A stretch of DNA of 64,000 nt from Candidatus Latescibacterota bacterium (GTDB lineage Bacteria; Latescibacterota; UBA2968; UBA8231), in assembly GCA_965215195.1 (NCBI GenBank), contig CBDCDC010000002.1, positions 4,448,001 to 4,512,000 of the forward strand, written 5' to 3'. Positions 48,482 through 58,489 of this stretch are shown here, piece after piece (positions within the stretch are counted from its first letter, which is position 1; each line of letters begins with the position of its first letter). The position numbers were made by a program, and so were the translations under genes. The notes under the pieces were generated by a model. The model made no database searches. It had not been told where the DNA came from and saw nothing but the letters and a program-made list of their open reading frames with translations.

Positions 48482-49566
48482 CTTCGATTGAAGCAGCCGA
48501 GCCTTCCCCGCACCAAGCTAGTCGCCGCTTATTGCCGGTCGGGGAAAAGGGCACGCTAGGCCTGCTGGTCCTAACAGTCCTGCTAGGGCTGCTGAGCATA
48601 GTGTGCCTTGGAACGGGTGCTGTCTCCATGGCCCCCGGCCAAGTGCTAGCCGTGCTCGGCAAGGGGCTAGACTTGACCCTGCCTTGGGCTTTTGAGCCCC
48701 ACCACGAGGCCATCGTCCTGAGCATTCGCCTGCCGCGTATTTTGCTGGGCATATTGATCGGCGGCGGTCTCGCCGTGGCGGGTGCCGCCATGCAGGGCCT
48801 GTTTCGCAATCCCCTAGCCGATCCCGGTCTCATCGGCGTTTCGAGTGGCGCGGCGGTCGCCGCGGTGGCGACCATTGTTCTGGGGGCGACCCAGACGCTG
48901 GGGCCTTTTGCCCTGTCCATTGCTGCTTTTGGCGGCGGTGCCGCCGCGACCTTGCTGGTCTATCGCCTGTCGTTGGTCCACGGCAGCGTCTCCGTATCCA
49001 CCATGCTGCTGGCCGGCATTGCCATCAACGCCGTGGCCGGCGCCATCACCGGGGTATTCACTTTTGTGGCGGACGACGCCCAACTGAGGAGCCTGACGTT
49101 CTGGAGTATGGGCAGTCTGGGTGGAGCTACTTGGCCTGCGGTGGCCGCGGCTGCGCCGTTCACCGGCCTTGCGACCTTGGCGGTGTTGCGCTACGCCCGG
49201 CCCCTCAACGCCCTGCTGCTGGGCGAGGCCGAAGCCGGCCATCTCGGCTGCAATGTCGATCGCCTCAAGCGTTCCGTCGTCCTCTTGGTCGCTTTGTCTG
49301 TGGGAGCGGCGGTCGCCGTGGCCGGTATCATCGGCTTTGTCGGTCTGGTCGTGCCCCACCTGCTGCGTCTCACCCTCGGGCCGGACCACCGCTTTCTGCT
49401 CCCCGGGGCCGCCCTTTTGGGCGCTAGTTTACTCCTAGGGGCCGATCTCATCGCCCGCACCTTGGTAGCCCCGGCCGAACTCCCCATCGGCATTGTGACC
49501 GCGATAATCGGCGGCCCTTTCTTCATGTACTTGCTGCAACGCGGGCGACGCTTGGGAAAATTCTGA
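48478..49566 (+). CDS. hmuU: Haem ABC transporter permease
   Basis: IRLPR, QGLFRNPLADPG and GIIGFVGLVVPH (FecCD family). Confidence 0.93.
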   Translation: MTSIEAAEPSPHQASRRLLPVGEKGTLGLLVLTVLLGLLSIVCLGTGAVSMAPGQVLAVLGKGLDLTLPWAFEPHHEAIVLSIRLPRILLGILIGGGLAVAGAAMQGLFRNPLADPGLIGVSSGAAVAAVATIVLGATQTLGPFALSIAAFGGGAAATLLVYRLSLVHGSVSVSTMLLAGIAINAVAGAITGVFTFVADDAQLRSLTFWSMGSLGGATWPAVAAAAPFTGLATLAVLRYARPLNALLLGEAEAGHLGCNVDRLKRSVVLLVALSVGAAVAVAGIIGFVGLVVPHLLRLTLGPDHRFLLPGAALLGASLLLGADLIARTLVAPAELPIGIVTAIIGGPFFMYLLQRGRRLGKF

Positions 49567-50357
49567 TGCTCGAAGGCCGCAATATACACGTAGTCTTGGA
49601 TGGGAACACCCTGCTCGAAGATGTGTCCATCCACGTGCGACCCGGCCAAGTGGTGGCGGTTCTGGGACCCAATGGCGCGGGTAAATCCACCCTGTTGAAG
49701 GTATTGTGCGGGGATTGGTCCCCCACCAAGGGAACGGTGTCGATGGAAGGGCGCGTACTGGCATCTTGGGACAAAAAGGCCAGCGCCCAAATCCGCGCGG
49801 TCTTGCCGCAGCAATCCAGCTTGAGTTTTCCCTTCCGAGTGCTCGAAGTGGCACTCATGGGCCGAAGCCCTCATCTGCGCGGCCCTGAAACGCAGCGGGA
49901 TTACGCCATCGTGCGAGCGGCCTTGCAGGAGGCCGGCGTCAATCACCTAGAAGGTCGCCTCTACCCGACCCTGTCGGGGGGAGAAGGACAACGCGTACAC
50001 TTGGGAAGGGTGTTGGCGCAAATCTGGGAAGCGGTGTACCAGACACCACGCTATCTACTGCTGGACGAACCCACGTCCAGTTTGGACTTGGCCCATCAAC
50101 ACCACATCTTGACCGTAGCGCGGGCATTTGCCGAGCGGCAAGTGGGCGTACTGGTGGTGCTGCACGACCTCAACTTAGCGGCCCAATACGCCGATCGCGT
50201 CCTGCTGCTGAAAGAGGGCCGCGAGGTGGCCACAGGCTCTCCCGAGCAAGTGCTGCAAGCCGAAATAATAGAAGCCGTTTACGAAATCCCAATAGCGGTC
50301 ATTCCCCACCCGCACAGATCCTGCCCACTGGTCGTTCCCGTGGCTAGTAAAAGGTAG
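49566..50357 (+). CDS. hmuV: Haem ABC transporter ATP-binding protein
   Basis: GPNGAGKST, LSGGEGQRV, LLLDEPTSSLD and LHDLNLA. Confidence 0.94.
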   Translation: MLEGRNIHVVLDGNTLLEDVSIHVRPGQVVAVLGPNGAGKSTLLKVLCGDWSPTKGTVSMEGRVLASWDKKASAQIRAVLPQQSSLSFPFRVLEVALMGRSPHLRGPETQRDYAIVRAALQEAGVNHLEGRLYPTLSGGEGQRVHLGRVLAQIWEAVYQTPRYLLLDEPTSSLDLAHQHHILTVARAFAERQVGVLVVLHDLNLAAQYADRVLLLKEGREVATGSPEQVLQAEIIEAVYEIPIAVIPHPHRSCPLVVPVASKR

Positions 50358-50361
50358 ATCA

Positions 50362-50660
50362 ATGGAGACAAAAAAAGTGAAAATCGAACGCGGTAGCGGA
50401 AACGTATTCGCGGACTTGGGGTGCCCTGAGGCGGAGGCTCATCTGTTGAAGGCCGAGCTCGTCACCCGCATTGACAACATTATTCGCCAGCGCGGACTCA
50501 AGCAGGTTGAGGCGGCGAAGTTGCTCGGACTGTCCCTCTGCGGGGGAATTTTCGCGAGTACTCCGTAGAGCGCCTCCTGCGCCTTTTGACGGCACTTGGA
50601 CGCAACGTAGAAATCGTCATCCGCGAGCCCCGTTCACAGCGACCGGGCCGAGCGACCCCG
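50362..50660 (+). pseudogene. HigA-like XRE antitoxin, frameshifted
   Basis: GSGNVFADLG..KAELV..AAKLLGLS, then a frameshift near 50535 (QPDVS-type helix lost). The other frame continues LRGNFREYSVERLLRLLTALGRNVEI. Confidence 0.8.
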
Positions 50661-50682
50661 GAGAAAGCGAACTTAGACGACC

Positions 50683-51675
50683 GTGAAATCACAGCGATTG
50701 ATATGCACAGACATCCGGCGGATTGAATTGGCGGAATTTGCACTGCCGCGCGTACCCGATCACGGCATTTTGGTGCAAAACGATTATACCGCCGTAAGCG
50801 TTGGCACGGAAATCTACGGCTACACGCGCGGCGGCGAACCGTCGAGTGCGACAACATTTCCTCGGTCCACAGGCTATTGCAACACAGGCGTGGTGCTCGA
50901 AGTCGGCAAAGATGTGCAGGGGATAAAACCCGGCGACCGCATTGCTGGCCAAGGCAACCACGCAAGCCACGCGGTCCTGACCGGCAATTTCCGCAAAGCA
51001 CCCGCTGGCGTCTCGCCCAAATCCGCGGCATTCATGGTCATGGGGGCCATTGCCCTGCACGGGCATCGGGTTGGCCGTCCCGAATTGGGCGAGGCCGTTG
51101 CCATCACCGGCATGGGCATGGTGGGCCAATTGGCAGCAACCTTGGCGCGCTTGGCCGGCGCCCTCCCGCTCGTTGCAATTGACCTAGACGAGTTCCGGCT
51201 GGGCAAAGCCAAGGACCGCGGCGCAGATGTCTGTATCAATCCCAATGACGCAGGCAATGTCGCCGCAACCGTGCGCCAGCATGGCGTGGGCGATGGTGCC
51301 GATCTGGTCATCGAAGCAACCGGCATTCCCGCAGTCTATCCCATGGCACTGACCTTGCCGCGGCTGGGCGGTCGCCTAGTCGCGCTGGGGTCTCCGCGCG
51401 GCACCGTGGAAGTGAGCTTTTTGCCCGAGGTTCATCTGCGCGAAATCGCGATCCTCGGCGCGCATCAGCCCAAAACCCCGGACCGCGACCACATCTACTA
51501 TCCTTGGAGCAAGAGCAGGGACCGCGATCTGGTCCTGCGTTTGATGGCCGCGGGCAAGTTGCCCATCGAAGATCTAATCACCCACGTCGCCAACCCCGCC
51601 GCTTGCCAGACCACCTACGACATGCTCGCCAACAATCCACAAGAGGCGTTGGGCGTGGTCTTTGCGTGGACGTGA
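50683..51675 (+). CDS. Zinc-binding (MDR) alcohol dehydrogenase family protein
   Basis: SVGTE, GYCNTGVV, GMGMVGQ and DLVIEATG. Confidence 0.88.
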   Translation: MKSQRLICTDIRRIELAEFALPRVPDHGILVQNDYTAVSVGTEIYGYTRGGEPSSATTFPRSTGYCNTGVVLEVGKDVQGIKPGDRIAGQGNHASHAVLTGNFRKAPAGVSPKSAAFMVMGAIALHGHRVGRPELGEAVAITGMGMVGQLAATLARLAGALPLVAIDLDEFRLGKAKDRGADVCINPNDAGNVAATVRQHGVGDGADLVIEATGIPAVYPMALTLPRLGGRLVALGSPRGTVEVSFLPEVHLREIAILGAHQPKTPDRDHIYYPWSKSRDRDLVLRLMAAGKLPIEDLITHVANPAACQTTYDMLANNPQEALGVVFAWT

Positions 51676-51820
51676 CCCGCCCTTGGCAGCTTTTCCAAGA
51701 CTTCACCCACCCCGTGCGATGGGGCTTGAGACGCAAAGTGGATTCGTCGCACCCGCCAGTCCAAGCTCTTAATCTGGTCGGCTAGGATGACTCCCGCTAA
51801 GGTACTGGCAGGCGGGAGAG
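51676..51820 (-). pseudogene. MazF/PemK toxin C-terminal remnant
   Basis: GVILADQIKSLDWRVRR...EVLEKL; N-terminal half absent. Confidence 0.75.
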
Positions 51821-52021
51821 AGGGGCCGAAGCCAGAAAAGCCCTGCGCACGGCGGCGCACCATTGCCCCAGCCACGGCGGTTGGGTACATTGGGCCTCGT
51901 GGGCAGGCGTAGGGAAATGAGCTACAAATTGGCGTACAGCGGCCCTAAACCGAGAAGATGCAAATCAACCGCCAATACATGCGCAGCATTGGCTATTAGA
52001 ATCGCATAGGAGAAGAAACGC

Positions 52022-53149
52022 ATGGCTCAGATACAGGCAGCGGTTATGACCAGCCCGGGCCAGATCGACGTGCGCTCGTATCCCAAACCCCAGATCGGAG
52101 ACGACGAAGTTCTATTGAAAATTGAGCGCACGGGCATCTGCGGCAGCGACAAGCACCTGTTCGCCGGCCACATGGCCCTGCCGTTCCCGGTGATACCCGG
52201 CCACGAATTAGTGGGCACCATTGAGGAGATGGGCCCGGCCGCAGCCGATAGCTTGGCCATAGTGGGCGGCCCGGTCGAGGTGGGTGACCGCGTGACGACC
52301 ACGCCCTCGTCGCGGGCCTGCGGGCGGTGCTACTACTGCCTGCACATGCCCCAGCGACCCACTCTGTGCGCCAACCGCTTTGTGTACGGATTCGTGTGCG
52401 CGGACCGCGCGCCCATGCCGCGCGGCGGCTTTGCCGAATACCTGCATCTGACGGGCCATTCGTGGCTCTTCAAGATCCCCGACGACCTGCCGTCCGAACG
52501 GGCCGTGCTCACCGAGCCAGCGGCCGTGGCCACCCGGGCCGTAGAGCGCGCCTTGGGGCCGGGCATCCCGCACATCGGCGAGGGGCTGGGCCTCGACAAA
52601 TCCGTGCTGGTCCTCGGAGCCGGCCCCATCGGCCAGCTCGTGGTGGCCGTGCTGAGCCACATCGGCACCGACCTGATTATCGCCGGCGACCTGAGCGCGG
52701 CCCGGCTGGAGCTGGCCTGCGCCATGGGTGCTCATCAAGTGCTCGCAATGGGAGAAGGGAGTCCTGAAGAGCGGCAGCAGGCCCTTCAAAACACGACCGA
52801 GGGCGTGGGGGCCGATATCGTCATTGAAACAGCCGGCGTACCCGTAGCCTTCAAGGAATCGCTCGACTTGGTGCGCCGGGGTGGGACCGTCGTGGAGGTG
52901 GGGCATTTCACTGATCCCGGGGGAGTGGAGATTCGCCCGCACATCGTCTGTTTTAAGGACTTGGACATCCGCGGCATGTGGGCGTATCCCTCCATGCAGT
53001 TCAAGACCGCGCTGTCTTTTTTGCGCCGCACCACCGCGCCCTTGGATCGCTTTATCACGCATCGGCTGCCGCTGTCCCACATCCGCGAGGGCCTCGACAT
53101 TACCGGCAGCGAAGAGGCCATGAAGGTAGTGGTAGAGCCGGGGGGCTGA
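52022..53149 (+). CDS. Zinc-dependent alcohol/sugar dehydrogenase (MDR)
   Basis: GICGSD, GHE, structural Zn CGRCYYC..C and GAGPIG. Confidence 0.93.
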   Translation: MAQIQAAVMTSPGQIDVRSYPKPQIGDDEVLLKIERTGICGSDKHLFAGHMALPFPVIPGHELVGTIEEMGPAAADSLAIVGGPVEVGDRVTTTPSSRACGRCYYCLHMPQRPTLCANRFVYGFVCADRAPMPRGGFAEYLHLTGHSWLFKIPDDLPSERAVLTEPAAVATRAVERALGPGIPHIGEGLGLDKSVLVLGAGPIGQLVVAVLSHIGTDLIIAGDLSAARLELACAMGAHQVLAMGEGSPEERQQALQNTTEGVGADIVIETAGVPVAFKESLDLVRRGGTVVEVGHFTDPGGVEIRPHIVCFKDLDIRGMWAYPSMQFKTALSFLRRTTAPLDRFITHRLPLSHIREGLDITGSEEAMKVVVEPGG

Positions 53150-53177
53150 GTTAGGTTAAGCCAACTTGGAAAGAGAA

Positions 53178-54347
53178 ATGACCATACTACGACCCAAGAT
53201 CCTCGTCGTCGACGACGAGCCGGATTTAGAGCACCTAGTGAGGCAGCGCATGCGCCGCGAGATTCGCTTGGGCAAGTACACTTTTGTGTTCGCCCACAAC
53301 GGCGTCGAAGCCCTAGAGCTGCTGAGCGAAGAGCAAGACATCGACATGGTGCTCTCAGACATCAACATGCCCCGGATGGACGGGCTCACCTTGCTAGAGC
53401 AAATCCCCAAGGTGGACCCCAATATCCGCTCGGTCATCGTCTCGGCTTATGGCGACATGAAGAACATCCGCACGGCCATGAACCGGGGCGCGTTTGACTT
53501 CATCACCAAGCCCATTGACTTCGAGGACATGCGCGTGACCATCCAGCGGACTTTGCACCATCTAGAGCTATGGCGCGAGGCGCTGGCGGCGCGCGACAAA
53601 CTGGTCGCCCTACAAAACGAGCTCAGCGTGGCCAACAAGATGCAGCAGTCCATCTTGCCCACCAACTTCCCCAAGGGCCCGGGCTTTGAGATCTTCGGTA
53701 GCATGAAGCCCGCACGCGAGGTCGGCGGCGACTTCTTCGACGTCTTGCCCCTCGACAACGGTCGCATCGGCCTCGTGGTCGCCGACGTCTCGGACAAGGG
53801 CGTACCCGCGGCCCTGTTTATGATGGCGAGCCGCACCCTGCTCAAGGGCGCGGCCATCGGCCATGCCGAGCCGGGCGAGGTGTTGAGCGAAGTAAACCAA
53901 CTGCTGCAAGAAGACAACGACGCCGCCATGTTCGTGACCGTGTTTTACGCGATTTTCGACCCAGCAAGCGGCGAGCTGTCCTATGCCAATGGCGGGCACA
54001 ATCCCCCGCTCGTGGCCCACGCCGACGGCAGCACGACCCTGCTCCCGCCGACCGGCGGGGTGGCGCTCGGGGTGGTGCCAGATGTCGCCTACCAAGAAAG
54101 TTCGGTGCCCCTTCGGCCCGGCGACCGCGTCGTCTTTTACACCGACGGCGTCACCGAGGCCGAAAACGACCGCGGCGAGCAGTTCGGGCTAGAGGGCCTG
54201 TGCGCGGTTTTCGCCGCCCGCCCGCCCGAGGACGTCCGCGCCACCAACGCGGCAGTTTTTGACGCGGTCGACGCCTTTGTCGGCGAGGCCCCCCAATTTG
54301 ACGACGTCACCTGTCTGACGCTTTGCCGCAGCGAGACACGCCAATGA
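53178..54347 (+). CDS. Response regulator receiver + PP2C/SpoIIE phosphatase (RsbU/RsbY-like)
   Basis: ILVVDDE and SDINMPRMDG receiver motifs; VGGDFFD, ADVSDKG, YTDGVTE and DDVT phosphatase motifs. Confidence 0.95.
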   Translation: MTILRPKILVVDDEPDLEHLVRQRMRREIRLGKYTFVFAHNGVEALELLSEEQDIDMVLSDINMPRMDGLTLLEQIPKVDPNIRSVIVSAYGDMKNIRTAMNRGAFDFITKPIDFEDMRVTIQRTLHHLELWREALAARDKLVALQNELSVANKMQQSILPTNFPKGPGFEIFGSMKPAREVGGDFFDVLPLDNGRIGLVVADVSDKGVPAALFMMASRTLLKGAAIGHAEPGEVLSEVNQLLQEDNDAAMFVTVFYAIFDPASGELSYANGGHNPPLVAHADGSTTLLPPTGGVALGVVPDVAYQESSVPLRPGDRVVFYTDGVTEAENDRGEQFGLEGLCAVFAARPPEDVRATNAAVFDAVDAFVGEAPQFDDVTCLTLCRSETRQ

Positions 54348-54766
54348 GCGCTCAGAAATCGCTGCGCATGGCGACTGAGCTAGACGAGCTGCGGAAGGTC
54401 AACGCCGCTGTTGAGGAGCTCGCAGGGGAAGAAAACTGGCCTCCAGACCTCACCTTTCAGATCGGGCTGGCCATCGAGGAATTGGGGATCAACATCGTCG
54501 AGTACGGGCACGACGATGGCAGAGCACACGAAATCGAGATCGTCATCTCCTCAGAGGCCGAGGTGATCACCATCGAGATCGAGGACGACGGCCAAGCCTT
54601 CAATCCGCTCAGCGACGCGCCAGACCCGGACTTGGAGGCCGCTGTTGAGGACCGCACCGTGGGCGGCCTCGGCATTCACCTCGTGCGCTCCATGATGGAC
54701 GAGGTCCACTACCAGCGACAGCAAAACAAGAACTGCCTGACCTTGGTCAAGCGGAGGACTGGTTGA
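54344..54766 (+). CDS. Anti-sigma factor Ser/Thr kinase (RsbW/SpoIIAB-like)
   Basis: AIEELGINIVEYG, DDGQAFNP and GGLGIHLVRSMMD. Confidence 0.93.
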   Translation: MSAQKSLRMATELDELRKVNAAVEELAGEENWPPDLTFQIGLAIEELGINIVEYGHDDGRAHEIEIVISSEAEVITIEIEDDGQAFNPLSDAPDPDLEAAVEDRTVGGLGIHLVRSMMDEVHYQRQQNKNCLTLVKRRTG

Positions 54767-55932
54767 GCAGCGCACTTGCCCTCGGCGTGGCCGCGCTGCT
54801 GATTGCGGGGGCCGCGCTTGGCGAGGAACAGCCCGGCGTCTCCGATCGGAGCATCCTCTTTGGCCAATCCGCCGCCTTTAGCGGACCAGCTCAGGAGCTG
54901 GGCCGGAACATGCGGCTCGGGATGCTGACGGCCTTCCGGGAGGTGAATGAGCAGGGCGGGGTCCACGGGCGTCGGCTCGAATTGGTGTCGCTCGACGACG
55001 GGTACGAGCCGGAAGCCGCCATCGACAACACCCGCCAGTTGATCGAGGGCGAGCGGGTCTTCGCCCTAATCGGTGCCGTTGGCACCCCCACTTCGCGTGC
55101 GGCCGTACCCATTGCCGACGACGCTGGCGTCCCCTATATAGCTCCCTTCACGGGCAGTAGTTTTCTCCGCGATCCCAAGTGGCGCGGCGTGGTCAATCTG
55201 CGCGCCTCCTACTATCAGGAAACCGAGGAAATCGTCGCCCGCCTGACTGACGACTTGGGCATTGAGCGCATTGGCATAATGTACCAAGACGACTCCTTCG
55301 GCCGGGAGGGGTTTCGCGGCGTGCGCCGCGCACTAGAGAGGCGCGCCCTATCCCTCGTGGCGGTCGGCGTGTACCCGCGCAATACCAAGGCGGTAAAGAC
55401 CGCCCTGCTCGACCTGCGCAGCGGCCGTCCCCAAGCCGTGATTTTGGTCGGGACCTACCAGCCGGTGGCAACCCTAATCGCCTGGGCGCACGCGACGAAT
55501 TTCACCCCCATCTTCGCAACTATCTCATTCGTGGGCAGCAAGGCCTTGGCGCGGGAACTCGGTCCCACCGGCACCGGGGTTTTAGTCTCGCAAGTCGTGC
55601 CCTTACCCACGGCCGCCGCGCCAGCCATTGCCGGCGCGTACCGCCGCGCCCTCGCCGCCTACGCCCCAAAGGCCGAGCCTAGCTTTGTTTCATTTGAGGG
55701 CTACCTCGCCGGCCGCTTGGCCCTCGCCGCCCTCGCCGCCTGTGGCCGAGCGGTCAGCCGCGCCTGCCTATTAGACAACTTGCACCGCGCCGAGGTTATC
55801 AACCTAGAGGGGTTTGAGCTTCGCTATGGAGATGGCGACAAGCAGGGTTCGGACGCGGTCTTCCTCACTGTGATCGACCGCGACGGCCAATACCGCTCCA
55901 TCCGCTCCTTAAAGGGCGGGACCAAGCCATGA
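54763..55932 (+). CDS. Orphan LivK-type (type I) periplasmic substrate-binding protein
   Basis: Signal peptide, GGVHGRRLELVSLDDGYEP, GAVGTPT and LRASY; no permease genes nearby. Confidence 0.9.
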   Translation: MSSALALGVAALLIAGAALGEEQPGVSDRSILFGQSAAFSGPAQELGRNMRLGMLTAFREVNEQGGVHGRRLELVSLDDGYEPEAAIDNTRQLIEGERVFALIGAVGTPTSRAAVPIADDAGVPYIAPFTGSSFLRDPKWRGVVNLRASYYQETEEIVARLTDDLGIERIGIMYQDDSFGREGFRGVRRALERRALSLVAVGVYPRNTKAVKTALLDLRSGRPQAVILVGTYQPVATLIAWAHATNFTPIFATISFVGSKALARELGPTGTGVLVSQVVPLPTAAAPAIAGAYRRALAAYAPKAEPSFVSFEGYLAGRLALAALAACGRAVSRACLLDNLHRAEVINLEGFELRYGDGDKQGSDAVFLTVIDRDGQYRSIRSLKGGTKP

Positions 55933-58115
55933 TCGCTCTACTGAAACGCCTGCTCGCAGCCCGGTATCGCCTCGCCGTGCAGCTCTACATAGGCATTGGC
56001 GCGGCCGTGGCCCTGACCATGGTCGCGAGCTTGGTGGGCTGGTTCTCCTTCGACCAAGTCGGCGATGCCCAAAGGCAGGTAAACGAGCGAGCCGTCCCGG
56101 AGATAGCCACCGCTTTTGCGGTCGCCCAGCAAAGCGGGACCCTCGCAGCCGCAGCCCCGCGCTTGGCCGCGGCCGAGACGCCGAAGGCATTTGCCGAGGT
56201 CGCGGCCAAAATCGCCTCCGAGCGGGACGACTTCAAAAAGCAATTGGCGGCCCTGACCCAGCAGGGCGCGGCCGAGGAACGCTTCGCGCGGATTCGCGCC
56301 CGCGGCGACACCCTCATCGCCAACATCAACGCTATTGAGGCTTCGGTGGCCAAGCGCTTTGACCTCAACGCGCACAGCCGCGCCTTGCACAAAAACCTAG
56401 AGGCACTGCAAAACGAACTGACCAGCATCTTGGTTCCGGCCATTGACGATCAGCTATTCTACGCCATGACTGGCTACCGCACCCTCGGCGAACCGCCCGC
56501 ACCCCGCGTCCAGCACCTTTCAGAGGCCGAACTTTCTCGCTATCGCGATCTGGCCGAGTTGCAGGAAGGGGCCACTACGGCCACGCGCCTGCTGGCCAAT
56601 GCCTTCAACCTATCGGACGCGCGCCTGCTAGAGCCTTTACAGGAGCGCTTCGACTCCACGGTCGGCGGCATTGAGCGAAATTTAGCGGCCCTCGACGAAG
56701 GCCCCTTGCGCAGCGCACTCAACCAGACCTTTGAGCACCTGTTCGACTTGGGCCGCGGAGATATGCGGGTCTTCGCACTGCGCACCGCGGAACTCCAGAT
56801 CGTCGCACAGCAACGAGTGCTGCTCGACCGCAACCGCGACCTCGCCATTGAACTAGTCGCCGAGGTTGAGGGCCTAGTGAATACGGCCCATGCGAGCGCA
56901 CAGGCGGCCACGCAAACCTCCACCCAAGCCATCCTCACCGGCAGCAAGCTCCTGCTCGCCCTCAACGCGTTCAACATCGTCGGCGCCATCCTGATCGCTT
57001 GGCTGTTCGTCGGCCGAGTGCTATTGCGCCGCCTCGAATTTCTGTCGAACCGAATGCGCCGCATGGCAGAAGGCGACCTAGAGGCGAAAATCGAGATGCC
57101 CGGGCGCGACGAGGTCGCCGACATGGCCGCGGCCCTCGAAGTTTTCCGCCGCCACTCTTTGGAAGCCCAGCGGCTCAATTTGGTGGAAAAGCTGGCCGCC
57201 GATTTGGAAGAGAAAAATGCCACGCTCGAAAAGGTGCTCGACGATCTGCGGCAGGCGCAGGGTCAGATCGTCATGCGCGAGAAACTAGCCGCCTTGGGGG
57301 AACTCACCGCGGGCGTGGCGCACGAAATCCAGAATCCCTTGAACTTTGTCAAGAACTTTGCGGAAGTCTCGGAGGAACTGTTAGAGGAGCTACAAGAAGT
57401 ACTAGAGCAAGACAGCCAGCAGCTAGACCCAGAGCAGCGCGAGCTAATCGGCGAGATCTGCGGCGACTTGACCGCCAATCTCGGGCGCATCCGCCAACAC
57501 GGCGAGCGCGCCAACCGCATTGTCCGCGACATGCTGCAGATGGGTCGCGGGTCGGGCGAGGCACAACCCGTGGGTATCAACGCCCTGCTCGAAGAACACG
57601 CCCGCCTCGCTTTTCACAGCGCACGAGCGACCAATGTAGATTTTCAGCTCGACATCAAGGAGGAGTTAGACGAGGCGGTGGGGGAGTTAGAGGTGATTCC
57701 CCAAGACTTGGCCCGCGTCTTTCTGAACATGGTGAGCAATGCCTGCTACGCCACCAACGAGAAGCGGCACGCTCCAGAGACGGCACCCGACTACGTCCCC
57801 ACGCTCTGGCTTAGCACCCGGCGAAGGCCCGACCACGTCGAAATCCGCATCCGCGACAATGGGAATGGGATCCCGCCGGATGTCATCGACAAGATCTTCA
57901 ACCCGTTTTTCACAACGAAGCCGACCGATCAGGGGACCGGGCTCGGGCTCGCGCTATCCAACGACATCGTGCGCGAACACGGGGGCACCATAAAGGTCCA
58001 CTCTGAGCTTGGGGAATTTACCGAGATGACCATTGAGCTGCCCACCGTGCGGCCGACGGCCTTGCAATCAGCCGAAGCCGATCCAGACGCGACGACGCCC
58101 CCCTCTTCACTTTGA
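55929..58115 (+). CDS. Sensor histidine kinase (long helical periplasmic domain, HAMP, HisKA, HATPase)
   Basis: Two TM helices, GRDEVADMA (HAMP), AGVAHEIQNPLN and FFTTKP..GTGLGL. Confidence 0.95.
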   Translation: MIALLKRLLAARYRLAVQLYIGIGAAVALTMVASLVGWFSFDQVGDAQRQVNERAVPEIATAFAVAQQSGTLAAAAPRLAAAETPKAFAEVAAKIASERDDFKKQLAALTQQGAAEERFARIRARGDTLIANINAIEASVAKRFDLNAHSRALHKNLEALQNELTSILVPAIDDQLFYAMTGYRTLGEPPAPRVQHLSEAELSRYRDLAELQEGATTATRLLANAFNLSDARLLEPLQERFDSTVGGIERNLAALDEGPLRSALNQTFEHLFDLGRGDMRVFALRTAELQIVAQQRVLLDRNRDLAIELVAEVEGLVNTAHASAQAATQTSTQAILTGSKLLLALNAFNIVGAILIAWLFVGRVLLRRLEFLSNRMRRMAEGDLEAKIEMPGRDEVADMAAALEVFRRHSLEAQRLNLVEKLAADLEEKNATLEKVLDDLRQAQGQIVMREKLAALGELTAGVAHEIQNPLNFVKNFAEVSEELLEELQEVLEQDSQQLDPEQRELIGEICGDLTANLGRIRQHGERANRIVRDMLQMGRGSGEAQPVGINALLEEHARLAFHSARATNVDFQLDIKEELDEAVGELEVIPQDLARVFLNMVSNACYATNEKRHAPETAPDYVPTLWLSTRRRPDHVEIRIRDNGNGIPPDVIDKIFNPFFTTKPTDQGTGLGLALSNDIVREHGGTIKVHSELGEFTEMTIELPTVRPTALQSAEADPDATTPPSSL

Positions 58116-58445
58116 TTGCGACAGGGCGGCGAGGGCCTCTTCTTCGGAGGCGTGGATCGCAATGATCTTGTCAAAGCCGCTGATTTCGAAAATTTCCCGT
58201 ATCGGCTCCGAAAGTGAGCATAGCGCGAACTGGGCACTGCGCTGCTGGAGCATTTTGGCGATCAGCAGGAACGTCCGCAGGCCCGCGCTGCTGATGTAGT
58301 TGATGGCCGCCAAATCGACGAGCACCGCGCTGCTGTCCGTGCCGATCGCCTCGCTTAAAGCACCGTGGAAGTCGCGGGCATTGACTCCATCGATGCGGCC
58401 TTCGGGCTTGGCGATTAATACGCTGTCCTTCTGTTCGGTGTTCAC
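58107..58445 (-). CDS. STAS-domain anti-anti-sigma factor (RsbV/SpoIIAA-like)
   Basis: GRIDG, YISSAGLR (phospho-Ser) and EIFEISGFD. Confidence 0.94.
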   Translation of the reverse strand: MNTEQKDSVLIAKPEGRIDGVNARDFHGALSEAIGTDSSAVLVDLAAINYISSAGLRTFLLIAKMLQQRSAQFALCSLSEPIREIFEISGFDKIIAIHASEEEALAALSQSK

Positions 58446-58489
58446 TGGATCTCCTGCCTTTCTAAATGGTATGCGCCGTTTTGTCTGAT

